NCBI GenBank assembly: GCA_964016885.1 | Contig: OZ024742.1 | Coordinates: 351,044,001 to 351,108,000 of the forward strand | Length of the DNA stretch: 64,000 bases | Origin: Eledone cirrhosa | Taxonomy: Eukaryota | Direction: 5' to 3' | Shown: piece after piece, positions 40,105 through 55,129 of the stretch | How the letters are laid out: each line of letters opens with the position of its first letter | Numbering within the stretch: position 1 is the stretch's first letter | Translations under genes and position numbers: made by a program | Notes under the pieces: generated by a model | Told to the model about the DNA's origin: nothing | Database searches by the model: none | What the model saw: only the letters and a program-made list of their open reading frames with translations

Positions 40105-41649
40105 GAATCACTATATATAGAGAAGTACACATAGATGTATGTGTTTAAGTATAAGGGATAGAGGACCACCAGAGTGTTGAACATATTGTCTACAAAAGGA
40201 AAGGTGAATACAGATCAATTAAAAGAATACATTAAAGTGTACTAACCATCCAATAACTATTACACCTGGAGACGTTCAAATTAAGGAATGTTTCGCCATG
40301 AAAAAGTGGATGTTCGATATTGTAGTGGGCTTATGAACCCGTGGACTACAATATGGACCATATTTCTAGAAATATATCAGATAACTAATATAACACACAT
40401 GGTGTAAAGAGAAAACTGGCGTGATATAGCTCGTGGTCGTATGAATGGACCAAAAGACCGCTAGAAACAGCAGCCCTGAACCATTCACCTTCAGAAGCTC
40501 TACTTACATAAAAAAATGAATTAGGAGCCAATACATCAAATAAAAAAGATGGAGGTAAAATCTTATGTTAACCCCCGATTATTTAATGAGATACAATCGA
40601 ATATGTACAAAAATATAGTTTACGAATCATACTAATAGCACCCCACAGAAATATAGGACGAGAAATCGGTTACTATTATATGTATATAAAATAATAGTTT
40701 GCACGCGGATAGAAAACTTGTTAACGTAATAAAGGGGAAAACAATCTATCCGTTCTGGAAGTAACATATCTATATATCATCAGAGACGTCATCCCTGTCA
40801 CAATGATTTCGAAAATATTTTCCTAGCAGAAAGGAAACCCTCAAATACGGATTAACTCCCCGGTACGTTATGTCCAATTGATCTACCGTACACTCTTGAT
40901 AACATAAGTGCGCATCTAAGATCAAACATTAAATATATTTATACTATAAACTCATATAGAGAACACATAGGCAACACACTGGATATTCCGACATTAGATA
41001 TACAACAAAGATAAACTTGGAATATTGAGGTATTATACACATGCATAAAACACATATGCACCCACACAGAAAATTGGAAACAGAAACACGCATAAACCCC
41101 AATATTATACACCCGCCATATCAAACAATTAACACAAGTATTCATTCTACCACCGTTGCGGAGTTGTGTAAATGTCTACAACACATAATGATAAAGTGGA
41201 AATACAGATACAAAGTGATAATATGACAGCAACACCACTATACACCTTTTACATGTTACACCGACATAACCATAAAACTCACAAATGTCACACAATGATA
41301 GCTCCTCTTGAAATAATACCTCTATAGACAATAGGATCCTGTATTATTTTCTTGACAAACAATCTTCTAATTCTTCTATTTATCACCTTCAGAGAATATT
41401 CACTCATAACATAACAAATAAAATTAATAAAAACTCAGAACAACGCATTCAACAGAATAATGTTAAATGCATAGAAAAACCTATCCCAGCAGGCAACATA
41501 AAAATAGAAATCCAATTACACAATAGAGGTTTCCAGCCCGTTAAAAACAAGTGACAACATCATAATAGAGAAATACATAGCATGATTAAAACACAACAGC
41601 ATACGGTTTAATAAACACAAACTAGAAAAGTGAGAAATATGTGGCAAAC

Positions 41650-42638
41650 AACTTTATATAACACAACCCACAAAACAGCATCTAACACGCACCACACAAC
41701 AACTAACAACTACATAGAACACACATCAGCAGCAAACATCTTTATATAACACAAACCACACAACAGCATCTACCAACTGTATAAACATAAACAACGCAAC
41801 GGCAGCTAACAACTGTATATAACACACACCTCACACCAGCAGCTCACGGGTGTATATAACATAAACCACACAAATGCAGCTCAGATGTATATAACATAAA
41901 TCTCACAGCAGCACCTAACAACTTAATACAACACACACCACACAACAGCAGCTAACAACTTAATACAACACATACCACACAACAGCAGCAAACAACTTGA
42001 TACAACACACACCACACAGCACCAGCTAACATCTATATATAACACACAACAGCAACTAACAATAGTATATAACATAAACCACACAACGGCAGCTAACAAC
42101 TGTATATAACACAAACCACACAACAAAGCTAACAACTGTATAAACACACACCACACAGCAGCTGCTAACAACTATATACAACACACCACACAACATCAGC
42201 TAAGAACTGTATACAACTTAAACCACACAACAGTAACTAACAACTTAATACACACCACACAACAGCAACTAACAACTATATACAACACACACCGCACAAC
42301 AGCAGCTAACAACACTATATAACACACACAACACAACATTATCTATATATCTAAAACTGAGAATATCTGTATGTGTGTGTGTGAGTTTGAATCCCTTAAA
42401 CTAGAGAACCACCCAACCGACTGTTTTCAAACTTTACACATATAATACTTATGTTTCTGGGAGTGTTCTGAGCAAAAACAAATTTCAGATTTTCAAAGCT
42501 CAAGGGACAGCATTAGGCAATTTAGCGATCTCTCTCTATAATTCTTAGTCTTTCTCTTTTTAGATAGATACATACATAATATCTGTCTGTATGTCTGACT
42601 GTCTGCCTTACGTCACTTCCATCAGGATGTGTGTGTGT

Positions 42639-42721
<83 letters not shown>

Positions 42722-43915
42722 CGTGTGTGTGTGTGTTCTGTGAGTTTGAATCCCTAAAACCCAACAAACTTTTTTCAAACTTTACATGTGTATTACTTAT
42801 GTTTCAGGGAGTGTTATGCACATAAAATTCAACTTTTTGATCCCCTATTGCCCGCATTAGTTGAAAAACTGCGTTTTTTCCGGTTTTTCGGGGTATTTTT
42901 AGTCGTTACATCAGATTTATTTCCTTGAAATTGTAACTATGTATTAGTCAGTCTCTTCTTCATATCGTGAGCAAAGAAAATCCAACTTTTTTATGGTCTA
43001 GGGCCCGCATTAGGTGTGAAACTTCATTTTTTCAGTTTTTTAGGTTTTTTTTGAGGCGTTACGTCTAGCCGATTTTCCCGAAATTTCAAGGCATATTATG
43101 CACATAAAAAAAATTAATTTCATCATTAGGTGAAAACCTGCATTTTTCCTGCTTCATCGAGGAAAATCTTAAAGATTATCCAGCCATCAGTGTATTCGGT
43201 TTATTTTCTTTACATAATCTCCACGCATTCAGTTTTTCCACGATTGGCAGCCAGCGTACCAAAATACCTTATCCCGTGCAACACCGGGTACCACTGCTAG
43301 TATAACATAAACCACACAAGAGCAGGTACCAACTATATATAACACAGACCACACAACACCAGGTTAGAACAGTATATCACATAAACCATACAATAGCAAG
43401 TAACAATTATACATAACACATAACACACAATAGCAGCTAACAACTGTATATAACACACACACCACGCAACAGCAGCTAACAACTGTATATAACACACACA
43501 CCACACAACAGCAGCTAACAACTGTATATAACACACACACCACACATAGCAGATAACAACTTAATACGACACACACCACACAACAGCAAGTAACAACTAT
43601 ATTTATCACAAACCACACAACAGCAGCTATCATCAGTATATAATACACACACCACACAACAGCAGCTAACAACTGTATATAACACACACACAACACATAG
43701 CAGATAACAACGTAATACAGCACACACCACACCACAGCAAGTAACAACTATTCATAACACATACCACACAATAGCAGCTAACAACTGTATGTAACACACA
43801 CATCACACAACAGCAGCTAACAACTGTATATAGCACACACACCACACATAGCAGATAACAACTTAATATGACACACACCACACAACAGCAAGTAACAACT
43901 ATTTATATCACACAC
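41650..43915. repeat. ~35-37-bp minisatellite interrupted by a Helitron
   Basis: Unit acacaccacacaacagcagctaacaactgtatataac on both sides of 42342-43300. Confidence 0.9.
42342..43300 (+). mobile_element. Non-autonomous Helitron
   Basis: a|TCTATATAT 5' end; 3' hairpin cccgtgcaacaccggg (43273-43288), then CTGCTAG|t; no TSD. Confidence 0.85.
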
Positions 43916-44960
43916 CATATATATACCTATATATTGATACGTTATATATACCTATATATTGATGCATTATATATACCTATATATTCATACATTATATATA
44001 CCTATATATTGATACATTATATATATACCTATATATTCATACATTATATATACCTATATATTCATACATTATATATACCTATATATTGTACATTATATAT
44101 ATACTTATATATTCATACATTATATATACCTATATATTGTACATTATATATATACTTATATATTCATACATTATATATACCTATATATTGATACATTATA
44201 TATACCTATATATTCATACATTATATATACCTATATATTGATACATTATATATACCTATATATTGTACATTATATATATACTTATATATTCATACATTAT
44301 ATATACCTATATATTGATACAGTATATATATACCTATATATTCATACATTATATATACCTATATATTGATACATTATATATATACCTATATATTGATACA
44401 GTATATATACCTATATATTGATACATTATATATACCTATATATTGTACATTATATATGTACCTATATATTGTACATTATATATGTACCTATATATTGATA
44501 CATTATATACACCTATATATTGATACATTATATATACCTATATATTGTACATTATATATATACCTATATATTGATATATTATATGTACCTATATGTTGAT
44601 ACATTATATATATACCTATATATTGATACATTATATAATTACCTATATATTGTACATTGTATATATACCTATATATTGATACATTATATATACCTATATA
44701 TTGTACATTATATATATACCTATATATATTCATACATTGTACATTATATGTACAATTCATATTGTACATTATATGTACCTATATATATTCATACATTATA
44801 TATACCTATATATTGATACATTATATATATACCTATATATTGATACATTATATATATATCCCTATATATTGATACATTATATATATACCTATATATTCAT
44901 ACATTATATATACCTATATATTGATACATTATATATATACCTATATATTGATACAATATA
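43915..44960. repeat. ~25-27-bp AT-rich minisatellite
   Basis: Unit tatattgatacattatatataccta, roughly 40 copies. Confidence 0.95.
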
Positions 44961-47269
44961 TCGAAAACAAACATCAAATACCCGTATTTCCTACCTATAC
45001 TATGTTGTGAACATAGGTGTAGGGAACATAGGTGTTTCCTACTTATAGTGTGTCGGGAACATAGGTGTGTTATACATATACCATGTCAATAGCATATTGA
45101 TTATATATATAGCAACCACAAAAGTCCATACAAAACATTGTGTTACAACAACAACTTTAATATATGCATTCATTCATAAAGGCAAATTTACTTATGAAAA
45201 TAAACATAAGATTTCATATTCAGTTGAGAGGGAAAACATAGTTTCGTATGGAAATGTCAAAAGATGTAATCTTCGATAAAACAATGAAGATACTGTGTAG
45301 ATTACAAGAAACATAATCCAACGAACTGGTGGTTTGAAAGTAGAATATGTATTTATTTCTGGAATATATTAGCAGTGGTAACTCAATATTATTCTGATGA
45401 AGATATTGGCAGCAGTGAAATGATATAACCCCACCCGTATCACAAGTAGCTCTAGGAAAATATAACATCATAAAAAAAACATTGTTTGGTAGAGCGTCTA
45501 ATAAATTTGATTGATAATGATAAGGTCATATAGGGGAGAATGTTTCACCATTGAAATTGTTAAAGAAAATGGAAAGGCTAGAGATCATATTAGTTTTTAG
45601 ATGCGAACGTAGCTTATGGAGGTAGGCTCGTAATTGCAAATCGCCTGTAACAAACAAACTCTGCTGAAGGCGTAGAGAATTGTTATCGTACATTTCCTCT
45701 CGTCTTAAACTATAACTCAGATTTGTAATAAGTCAAGAGAAACGAAATATATATTACAATAAACCGATCGTTGTTTGTGAGAATTAACTACAGTTGATTA
45801 GCGAATGTGATTGATTATATCAATACGTAAGAAAGGGATGGAAGAAACCCTTCAATGTTTTTCTTATGCATGCTCTTGTTAGTATCGTGTATGTGTGAAC
45901 TGGGATTGTAATTGCATTACTGTATACTCAGGCAGAATATTAAATGATACCGACTACTTAAAGCCACGCCTATTGTACGTAAAAGATTTAATGAATGCAA
46001 CACATTCAAACTTCTAGTTTTGATAAATTCGAATAGTATATATCTTTATAATAATACCTTTGTATTTCATTTCACTAACATTTAATTATTATCTTCACAT
46101 AACCAGTAATAAATATCAGATAATATACATCATGGGCAAAATGTTACGTATGAAATAACTGAAAATTGAAGTATATTTGATATTCAGTCTGACATTATAT
46201 TGATATTAGTAATGGATATTATGCTTGAAGCATTGCCATATCTCTCCTCTCATATAGTATAAATTATAGATATAATTACAAGATACAATTCTGTATATTT
46301 CCGGGATTCATACATTTCTTTATTGCATTAGAATACGTGAAAAATAAAAGAAACTTGTTCTTGTAAAATGAAAATACTATTGTAACGTTTTAACGACCGA
46401 AATATTCATAAGATAGTTGTTTCTAAAGCACGAGAGCTCTCAGTATTTCTAACGGCTCATTAGCAATAGAAAGAAAGTGAAAAATTGTAACTTATATGTA
46501 TTTACTCCAGCTGTTTCTATGGTGATATTTGCTACAATATATATTTAAACATAAAGTGCTTAACACAAACATTAAGCCTCTAGTTGAAGACATTTTGACA
46601 GAGATTTCTGACGTATTTCATGTAAAATATTTGCTGGTGATATCTGTATAAGATAGCAGAATTTCAGAATGTAGAATATATATTTATACTGGCAATTAAT
46701 TCAGTTTTATTAAAAAGAAAGAAAAGTAACGATACCATGCAATTGGTTCAAGTTCTAATTTTTGTTGGCCTGAATCTGTAAGCTGGGTTCCTATTTTTGG
46801 ACCATTTGTATATGTCAATATATATATATTTTTTTTCAATTCTATATTCATTAATTTAGACGTATAGATATTGTACTGAGCAAACGAATAGATTATATAT
46901 TTTAATCGATAAATATTCCGTTATACTTTTAAATATAATGTAACCAGCTCTGCACAATTTCAGGAAATTTGAGGATAGGCCATGCATCATAGTCTTTAAG
47001 TAATTATACATTCTTAACAACTCTTTAGCTTCTATTCATACTATGTGTCTATACATGAAAGTTATTAAACATATATCTCTTTCCACAAATGCCAAACATT
47101 TCTATCTTCTCTATTTCATTCTTTTCTATTCATGGATCGAATTAGGTTTCGTAGGGAGGTGATGTAATGAGTAGTATAACTTTCGACGAGAGAGAGATGG
47201 AAGATAGAAATAATCTTTTATAAATTGAACACAAGTCAGCAATCTAAGGGAAGAGAATAGTTGATTATA

Positions 47270-47415
47270 TTAGATGGTCCTTTATTTTATCGATTTCAGA
47301 AAGCTGACAAAAAAAGTATTTTCTGGTGGGATTTGAAATCGGAACCTAGATAGTTGTCACTAAATATTTAGACATTTTGCCAGACGTCCTACTAAGACTA
47401 CCAATAAACTGCGCC
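47270..47415 (-). mobile_element. Old degenerate SINE copy
   Basis: tttattttatcgat..ggtgggatttgaa..ctaccaata matches the main SINE reversed; a similar relic lies at ~22585-22703. Confidence 0.55.
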
Positions 47416-49853
47416 ATACATTCATTAATGATAAGAATTGACAACAATACTTGATTGGTTAGCAATCATGTCTAAAGGTAAAGATTATCTAGAAGGAGTT
47501 TGAAGTCTGTGCTGATTGTGCTGGAAAACACACCTGTCCGATAGTGTACAACCATCGCAGGCTGAATTCTAGAATACGGTTCAAACATTTGGGGAAACAT
47601 TTACGTTCCACAACAAGAAAACTATGACGTAATTGATTTATACAGTTACACCAGGTATTTTACACGTTAACACAGTACATACACGTAGTATTCCAGGTAT
47701 TGCATCTAATCAAATAATTACAAACAATTATAACATTGAGAACATGTTAACTTAAATACACACATTTTATCTAGCGTTCTACAGATAAAGAAAACAACTC
47801 GAACTTTCAAAAAGTCACAATTACATGTAGTGACACACTGGATAGAACTAACAACAATGTCCAACACATATATCAACTAACTCTACACACGTTCTTCCTC
47901 AAACACAGTTACCTCTGTCCTAAATGTTGTTCAACGACACATAGGCATAAACGAATATGCAGGGAATAAAATATGCAGGGAATCTGAGACATGACCCCCC
48001 CCCCCTTCATATGTATATCGTGTAAAAAGGAATTAATAATTCATCTTTAATCCATCTATTTTCTCCATAGAGAATAGTCTACTGATTAACAGAATAAGAG
48101 ATAGCAAGCTTCGCTCTGGTTTTAAGGAAGAATTATTCAAAAGTGTTACCCAAAGCAATGTGCCTGACGGAAAGCCGCATTCAACAAAGTAGTCATTCAC
48201 TTAATTGTAGGCGTCGCATGGTGAACATTTTTGCAATGTTAATCATAAAATATGTTGCAATTGACAGCTATTAACATTTCACCTAATAATCAGGAAATAT
48301 TTCCGATGTGATAAGAATATTACTATGAATTAAGATATCAGACATTGTGACTCTCTTCTGTTATCTTACCAACGTAGTCATATTCACGTTCTCATGTTTA
48401 TTTCACATTGAATTTTAATGAGGAAATGTTTCTGCATTTTAAAGGAATCGAAAATCGAGAAGTTGGGAAATTGCAACACACGAGTTGAAAAAATGATCTT
48501 GACACACCCAAGTAACGACATCCTATTTTATAATCGTATTATTAGTTTAATTCTCTGAACGACTAACAATATATGCTTGCTGTTGTTATTCCTGCTGAGA
48601 TAGCAACCGTGTATATAATTCAACATTCCCTTCTAGACATCTCTTGTATCCTACGGCAACAATAGAATGAATGCAATAAGTGAATTAGCTTGGTAAAGAA
48701 ATCGAAAACATTATATAAAGATCGAAAATGATTCTCCCAAACTAACATGTTCACTAAATCAATCTATTCACAGATAATTGCAGACAGAATCTGGCACGAG
48801 CGAGTTTACAACATCGACTTAACAGTAGAAATATCACATATATTTCCTTCAATTGCGATCGTACTGTCATAAGGAAAATTACTTTGAAGACGTTGTTCTA
48901 GATAAGCTATGTTTTGTTTTGGAAATTAGGAAAAGGTTGATGCAGTAACGTCTTGAAGTAGTAGAGTTTTGAGTACCAAAACGGTTCTGGAGTTACGAAT
49001 ATCTAATGATTATATTTTAGTACAATGTAAGAGGAAATTTTATATGCGAGAAGTAGTAAAAACAAGGATATATTTGTTGACAACAAAGCGAATATTTCTC
49101 GGAAATTTGAAATGGAAATGCTTCCTTAACGATGCTTGAGAAAGTTAGACAAATTATATTCTGGTTACAAAATATTTAAATGTGTTCCAGTAATACCATT
49201 ACGTCTGATGTATACATCTTATCGGAGAAAAGGTTAATTCATTGTCGGTTAAATAAATAACACTGTGCAAGATGCTCTTTTAAAATTTAAATAAATCAGT
49301 AATTCTCATCAGCTCTATTTTGTTGTATTATGTTGCTGCTCAGTTTGTGATATATTGTGATATATTGCGATGAAAGGAAAGTCGCATTGAAATTTATTCA
49401 GATGGCAAAATAAATTTAAACTTCATGATAAATTAACGTGCGTAAGGAATTAGGCATTGCTGATTGGTTTGAGCGAACAAAAACGGTAATTAGACAGATT
49501 GGCGGCCAATTTATGTTTTATTATAGTTGGTATAAACGATAACCAAGGAAAGCACATATAAAGAAATGGATAATTCAGCAAATTAAAATTAAAAACAGGA
49601 GGGGGTTTAGTAATCGTAACGCCATGACCCCTTTAATAAAGAATATCTGTAAAAATAATTATATGTTCCTTAATTAGCCTTCATGTAAAAAATACTACCC
49701 CACACGTGACATGAAACATATCTAAAGACAGGAAAATGATATACATACATATAATATATTATACGCTTCTTTCAATATTTGTAATTTAAAATTACATGAT
49801 TATATATACACACACACAAAGATACACATCCATACTTATTGGGTCTAGAGACA

Positions 49854-49907
<54 letters not shown>

Positions 49908-51030
49908 ACATTTTCAAGACCCCTACGGCAGAGCTCAAGCCATTTCGAAGACTATGTTTGGACTAAATTAGATTTTTAGCGTGGATAAACGTGAAATATA
50001 GTGAAATGAACATTTACTATTATATATCTAGTCCTATCAATTACGCAAACAAACACACTCAGTGAACTGACGTAACGTTCTAGCATGTCTGGTTTATATA
50101 TTACAATATCATGTACGGCCACATAGCGGGGAAACCTTCCGCACAGTTGCCTGAAGTAAATGAAATATCAGTTGGACCATACACAGATTTATTTAGAAAC
50201 GAAAATATAATATATTGGACACTATTGCCCTACAAAAAAAGGGAAACAAAAAAACAGGTTGGTCACGAAGGGAAGCTCTTTGAATGTACCTCTGTCTAGG
50301 CAGGGATGATCTGATGCGAAATAGCAGATTATATTGATTAAGTAAAACGCCGATAAACGACGAAATACAGTTCATAGTTTAAAGCAGGCATGGAATTAGA
50401 TAGACATAGTATGTTGTGTAAAACCGGAAGTATCTAAATTACATATATATCTTCAATGTATAGTATAAATTGAATCAGATTACATTTAGTCGTTTCGATA
50501 ACTAACAATATACATCAATAAATGTACATAAACAAACCATCAATATAACTGTTTGAAATTCAGACACTACGGCACCAAACTCAATTTTACAAAACAAAAG
50601 AAATCTGAATTACTAGAAACAAAGTGAGACAGTAAAGTATATCTAGAACAATGAAGGAACAAGGTGTAGATGAATGGAGTGGAATTTAGGTGGAAGTCAG
50701 TTTGATGTGGTATATTGTAGGGAATTATAAAAATACGTCCAACACCAAAGCAAATAAAACATAAGAGGTCTAGACACAACAAAAGGAAAACAAAAACAAA
50801 TAGAAACACAAAAAGAACCGGAAGGTAAATAAATGTAAAATAATAGAAAGAGATACAAAATAGGAAAAATAGAAATTATAAGAAAAGAGAAAAGTAACGA
50901 AAATGTAAGCCAAAACATTACTATTAAACAGGACAGAGAGGATAGTGTTAAAACAAATAGTAGGAACTAATATATGAAATAGGTATCATGTGATCCACTG
51001 TGGAGAAGGTGAAGTTGTAGGAAATATCTG

Positions 51031-51058
51031 GCCGGCTCCGCTATGTAAAATTAAATAT

Positions 51059-51101
<43 letters not shown>

Positions 51102-51112
51102 AACGCACCCCC

Positions 51113-51172
<60 letters not shown>

Positions 51173-51239
51173 GGGTGCGTCTGTATATATATATATTTTT
51201 TTTTCTTCAAAATACTTAATTTTACATAGCCGAACCGGC
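51031..51239. repeat. Inverted repeat around a (TA)n tract
   Basis: gccggctccgctatgtaaaatt..aaacgcaccccct is inverted as agggggtgcgtc..aattttacatagccgaaccggc. Confidence 0.85.
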
Positions 51240-51440
51240 GTTTACAGATTGACTTTGTTAGTTTCAGAAGATACCGTTAAGGGTGAAAGCAGCGATTCTT
51301 TGCTTAAACTTTAATCTGTTATATTAATAAATATTTGCTCTACGGTTCTTATATATTTGATATATATTTATCCTTATCGAGCCCTCTTTGGATTTTAGTC
51401 TTCAAATTTATTATTATTACTATTATTATTATTGTTATTA
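51238..51440 (+). mobile_element. Family C 3' fragment with tail
   Basis: Matches 35374-35555. Confidence 0.9.
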
Positions 51441-51467
51441 CTATATATATATATATATACATATATA

Positions 51468-52073
<606 letters not shown>

Positions 52074-52084
52074 ATATATATTAA

Positions 52085-52311
52085 TATCAGAGCAAAGATC
52101 ACGGACGCTCTATCTGAACATTATTTTTGAAAAGCATTAGAAATGCGCAACCGGTAAGACTTAAAACCAAAACTTAATCCTAACCAATACTGTTACTAAT
52201 TATCACTTATTCCTAATTAAACTATTTTTCACTGTGAACAATTTCTCAGCATTTTCTATTCCGTTTACCAATATATCATAACCTGTGTGTTACACGTCTC
52301 TTCTTTGAAAC
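52085..52311 (+). mobile_element. Family A-related 3' fragment with tail
   Basis: Reverse-complement homologue of 32757-32990; contains the GCAA hammerhead-like motif. Confidence 0.8.
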
Positions 52312-52417
<106 letters not shown>

Positions 52418-52435
52418 GTACATGTATATATTTGT

Positions 52436-52480
<45 letters not shown>

Positions 52481-52483
<3 letters not shown>

Positions 52484-52540
52484 CGTTTCTGAATTTGTTT
52501 AGCAAGATTCTTTATTGGCAACATGACCCTCCCAAAGTAT

Positions 52541-52545
<5 letters not shown>
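52481..52545. mobile_element. 65-bp family D insertion with non-overlapping inversion
   Basis: Reversed tail (tttcgtttctgaa..gattcttt) is joined to forward attggcaac..aagtataacaa, inside (TA)n. Confidence 0.85.
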
Positions 52546-52586
<41 letters not shown>

Positions 52587-52588
<2 letters not shown>

Positions 52589-52800
52589 TAAAATAACATA
52601 TTAAAGTTTAAGCACAGAATCGCTTCTTTCACCCTAACGGGAACTTCAGAATATCCCGTTAAGGGTGAGAGCTGCGATTGTTTGCTTAAACACTTAAACA
52701 TTAATTTGTTATTTTGCTCTATGGTTCTTATATATTTGATATGTATTGATCCTTATCGAGCCCTCTTTGGATTTTAATCTGCACATTTGTTATTACTACT
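52587..52800. mobile_element. Family C minimal hairpin
   Basis: Arms fold at the hammerhead (taacgggaa/tcccgtta); tail on the right. Confidence 0.8.
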
Positions 52801-52816
52801 ATATATAAATATATAT

Positions 52817-52860
<44 letters not shown>

Positions 52861-52919
52861 CGCCCCCTCCCCCAATATATATATATACAAACGCCCCCTC
52901 CCCATATATATATATATAT

Positions 52920-53315
52920 ATACAATATATTAACAAATGGAAACTATATTTATAAAACCATATTTATTTCATTATACATATTTCATGGACCACCAAGGCA
53001 AACTATGGTGCGCTTTCATCAGATAAAACATAATATAGGTTAGCTTTATAAATAAATATTGACATACCCTGAAAAAATGCAACCATTCTGGTTGGAATCT
53101 CCTTGATAGTGGAGTTATTAGATTTATTGTTGGTTTATTATGTAAATTAATTTGCCTTGGTGACCTTTGAAATATGTATAATGAAATAAATATGGTTTTA
53201 TAAATATAGTTTCCATTTGTTAATATATTGTATATTTACTCCAATAATTTGTTGAGTGATTTATATCAGTTATAAAAATATTTTCCTTCTATCACAACAG
53301 ATTAAATATAACATC

Positions 53316-53318
<3 letters not shown>
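52920..53318. mobile_element. PLE-type hairpin with tail
   Basis: Arms 52920-53002 and 53151-53234; tail to 53318; TA flanks. Confidence 0.85.
52968..53027 (-). ncRNA. Type I hammerhead
   Basis: tttat-CTGATGA-..cacca..tggtg..-GAA-ATATGTAT-A-atgaa. Confidence 0.65.
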
Positions 53319-53367
<49 letters not shown>

Positions 53368-53370
<3 letters not shown>

Positions 53371-53514
53371 CTAGATCTGAACTTAGATCCAAGTTCGGAT
53401 TTAGCTGGTCGAAACGGCCGGAGCTCAGCCGTCGGGGTTCTGAATATTTTCATATTACCCACTCTAATACCCCAAGTATAAAGTACTCTGGTGCGGTATC
53501 GTCCAGCTGGTATC

Positions 53515-53515
<1 letters not shown>
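53368..53515 (+). mobile_element. TA-flanked fragment beginning inside a hammerhead-like stem II
   Basis: Hairpin cagctagatctgaactt/aagttcggatttagctg, then GAAA-CGGCCG. Confidence 0.45.
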
Positions 53516-53581
<66 letters not shown>

Positions 53582-53585
<4 letters not shown>

Positions 53586-54003
53586 CAAACAATCAACCAG
53601 TATAATGTAAATAAACAAATAAATAAACAAATATAAACACACACAGACACCCGGATGTAACGCATGCGCAAACTAAGCACAAAACACACACAAAAAGAAG
53701 ATGGCGTAGGACAGAACAAAGGAGAGGCACAAAAACAACGAAAATAATCCCCAGTCACTGAAGAGGTCACATAATGTGTGGCGAAAGAACGTTGACAATA
53801 TATGAACGATGATCTGGTTGTGGAACCAACCAACCGGAAATTTTTAAATTCCTAAATTTATAAATTTAATTTATAAATACATTGAAGTGAAAGCAACTGG
53901 TGCGTGCGTTTATTATTGGCAACATGACCATCCGAAATTATAACAATATCGGTTTCAACACACGTTTTCAGATAAAGGATCTTGCTAAACAAATTCAGAA
54001 ACG

Positions 54004-54006
<3 letters not shown>
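53582..54006 (+). mobile_element. Family D 3' fragment with tail
   Basis: Reverse complement of ~35621-36120; ends cagaaacgaaa(TA)n. Confidence 0.88.
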
Positions 54007-54048
<42 letters not shown>

Positions 54049-54692
54049 CTGATCTTATTAAATTGGGGTCATCCGAGATATTGGGAGTAACTTTCGTAAA
54101 TTTGAATGAAATTCTAATGTCATAGGCGACGATTTGGAAATGATAGATTTTAAATGTGTTTACGTATACTTATTGTAACAAGTAGGGCTCACTATACAAG
54201 GTCCATCGGATGCCAACCAAGCTATTGTTGTGAAATTCGGCTGTAGCCATGAGTTGTTTGGCTTTGTTATTTATGTTGCAGGGCCTTAACCCCCCCCCCA
54301 TATAGATGGCTCATGTACAGGGACATGAACCCGCATATAATTCACGTACATACATTGCAAACAGAAACATCTGTATGTGTATTGATGTGTGTTTATGCGC
54401 CTGTTTGTATGTGCATGTTTGTGTGTGTGCATCTGAGTTGTTACAGTTACAAGCTTATAATCATATATTCTATGTTGTCAGTAATCAACGAACGTGTATA
54501 TGAAGCTGATATTAGGAGCGTTTTAAGTACACACTAATGCAAATTGTCATATATACCAGCGTTTCTGTTTCGAAAGCTCTTATAATATATAGTAAACCAT
54601 ATACCTAAAATTAATTATTGAAGATTACAGGATACATCGGGCAACACAATAATCTTTTTTACAAAGGATAGAATATATCAATATATATTAAT

Positions 54693-54878
54693 AATTGTTT
54701 CTACTTTTGGCACAAGGCTAGCAATTATCCCAGTGTATTACTGGTACTTTATTTATCGACCCCATAAGGATGAAAGGCAAAGTTGACCTCGTCGGGATTT
54801 GAACTGAGAGCAGAGGGTTGGAACCAATACGATAAAGCATTCTATCCGACGTTCTAACGACTCCACCAATTCGCTGCC
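54693..54878 (-). mobile_element. Main-family SINE copy
   Basis: Reverse complement of the SINE body, with a variant head. Confidence 0.85.
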
Positions 54879-55129
54879 ATGGCGGCGAATTTCTATTGAT
54901 AATGAAAGCGCAGGTATAATGAAAACAAAGTTAAAACAGAGGTTCAGAGATATAATTGCGGAAACATATTTGCAACATGAATGGAAAATGTCGACATCAA
55001 GGAATTGTATAAAGGTTTTCCTTAGAATTCGAAACAGTTCTAATGTGAAGAATTGTGAAAACTAGTTTGACCCAATCCTCACCACTAACATGAATGTTGT
55101 ACGACAAATATATCACGATATGCGTTAGA

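Noticed and set aside
45000-50500. Possible host exons or DNA-transposase relics in long unique AT-rich stretches (also 1-2000, 5000-6900, 58000-60500)
   Set aside because: No convincing ORF or motif by eye. Small exons cannot be excluded without RNA-seq or tblastx.
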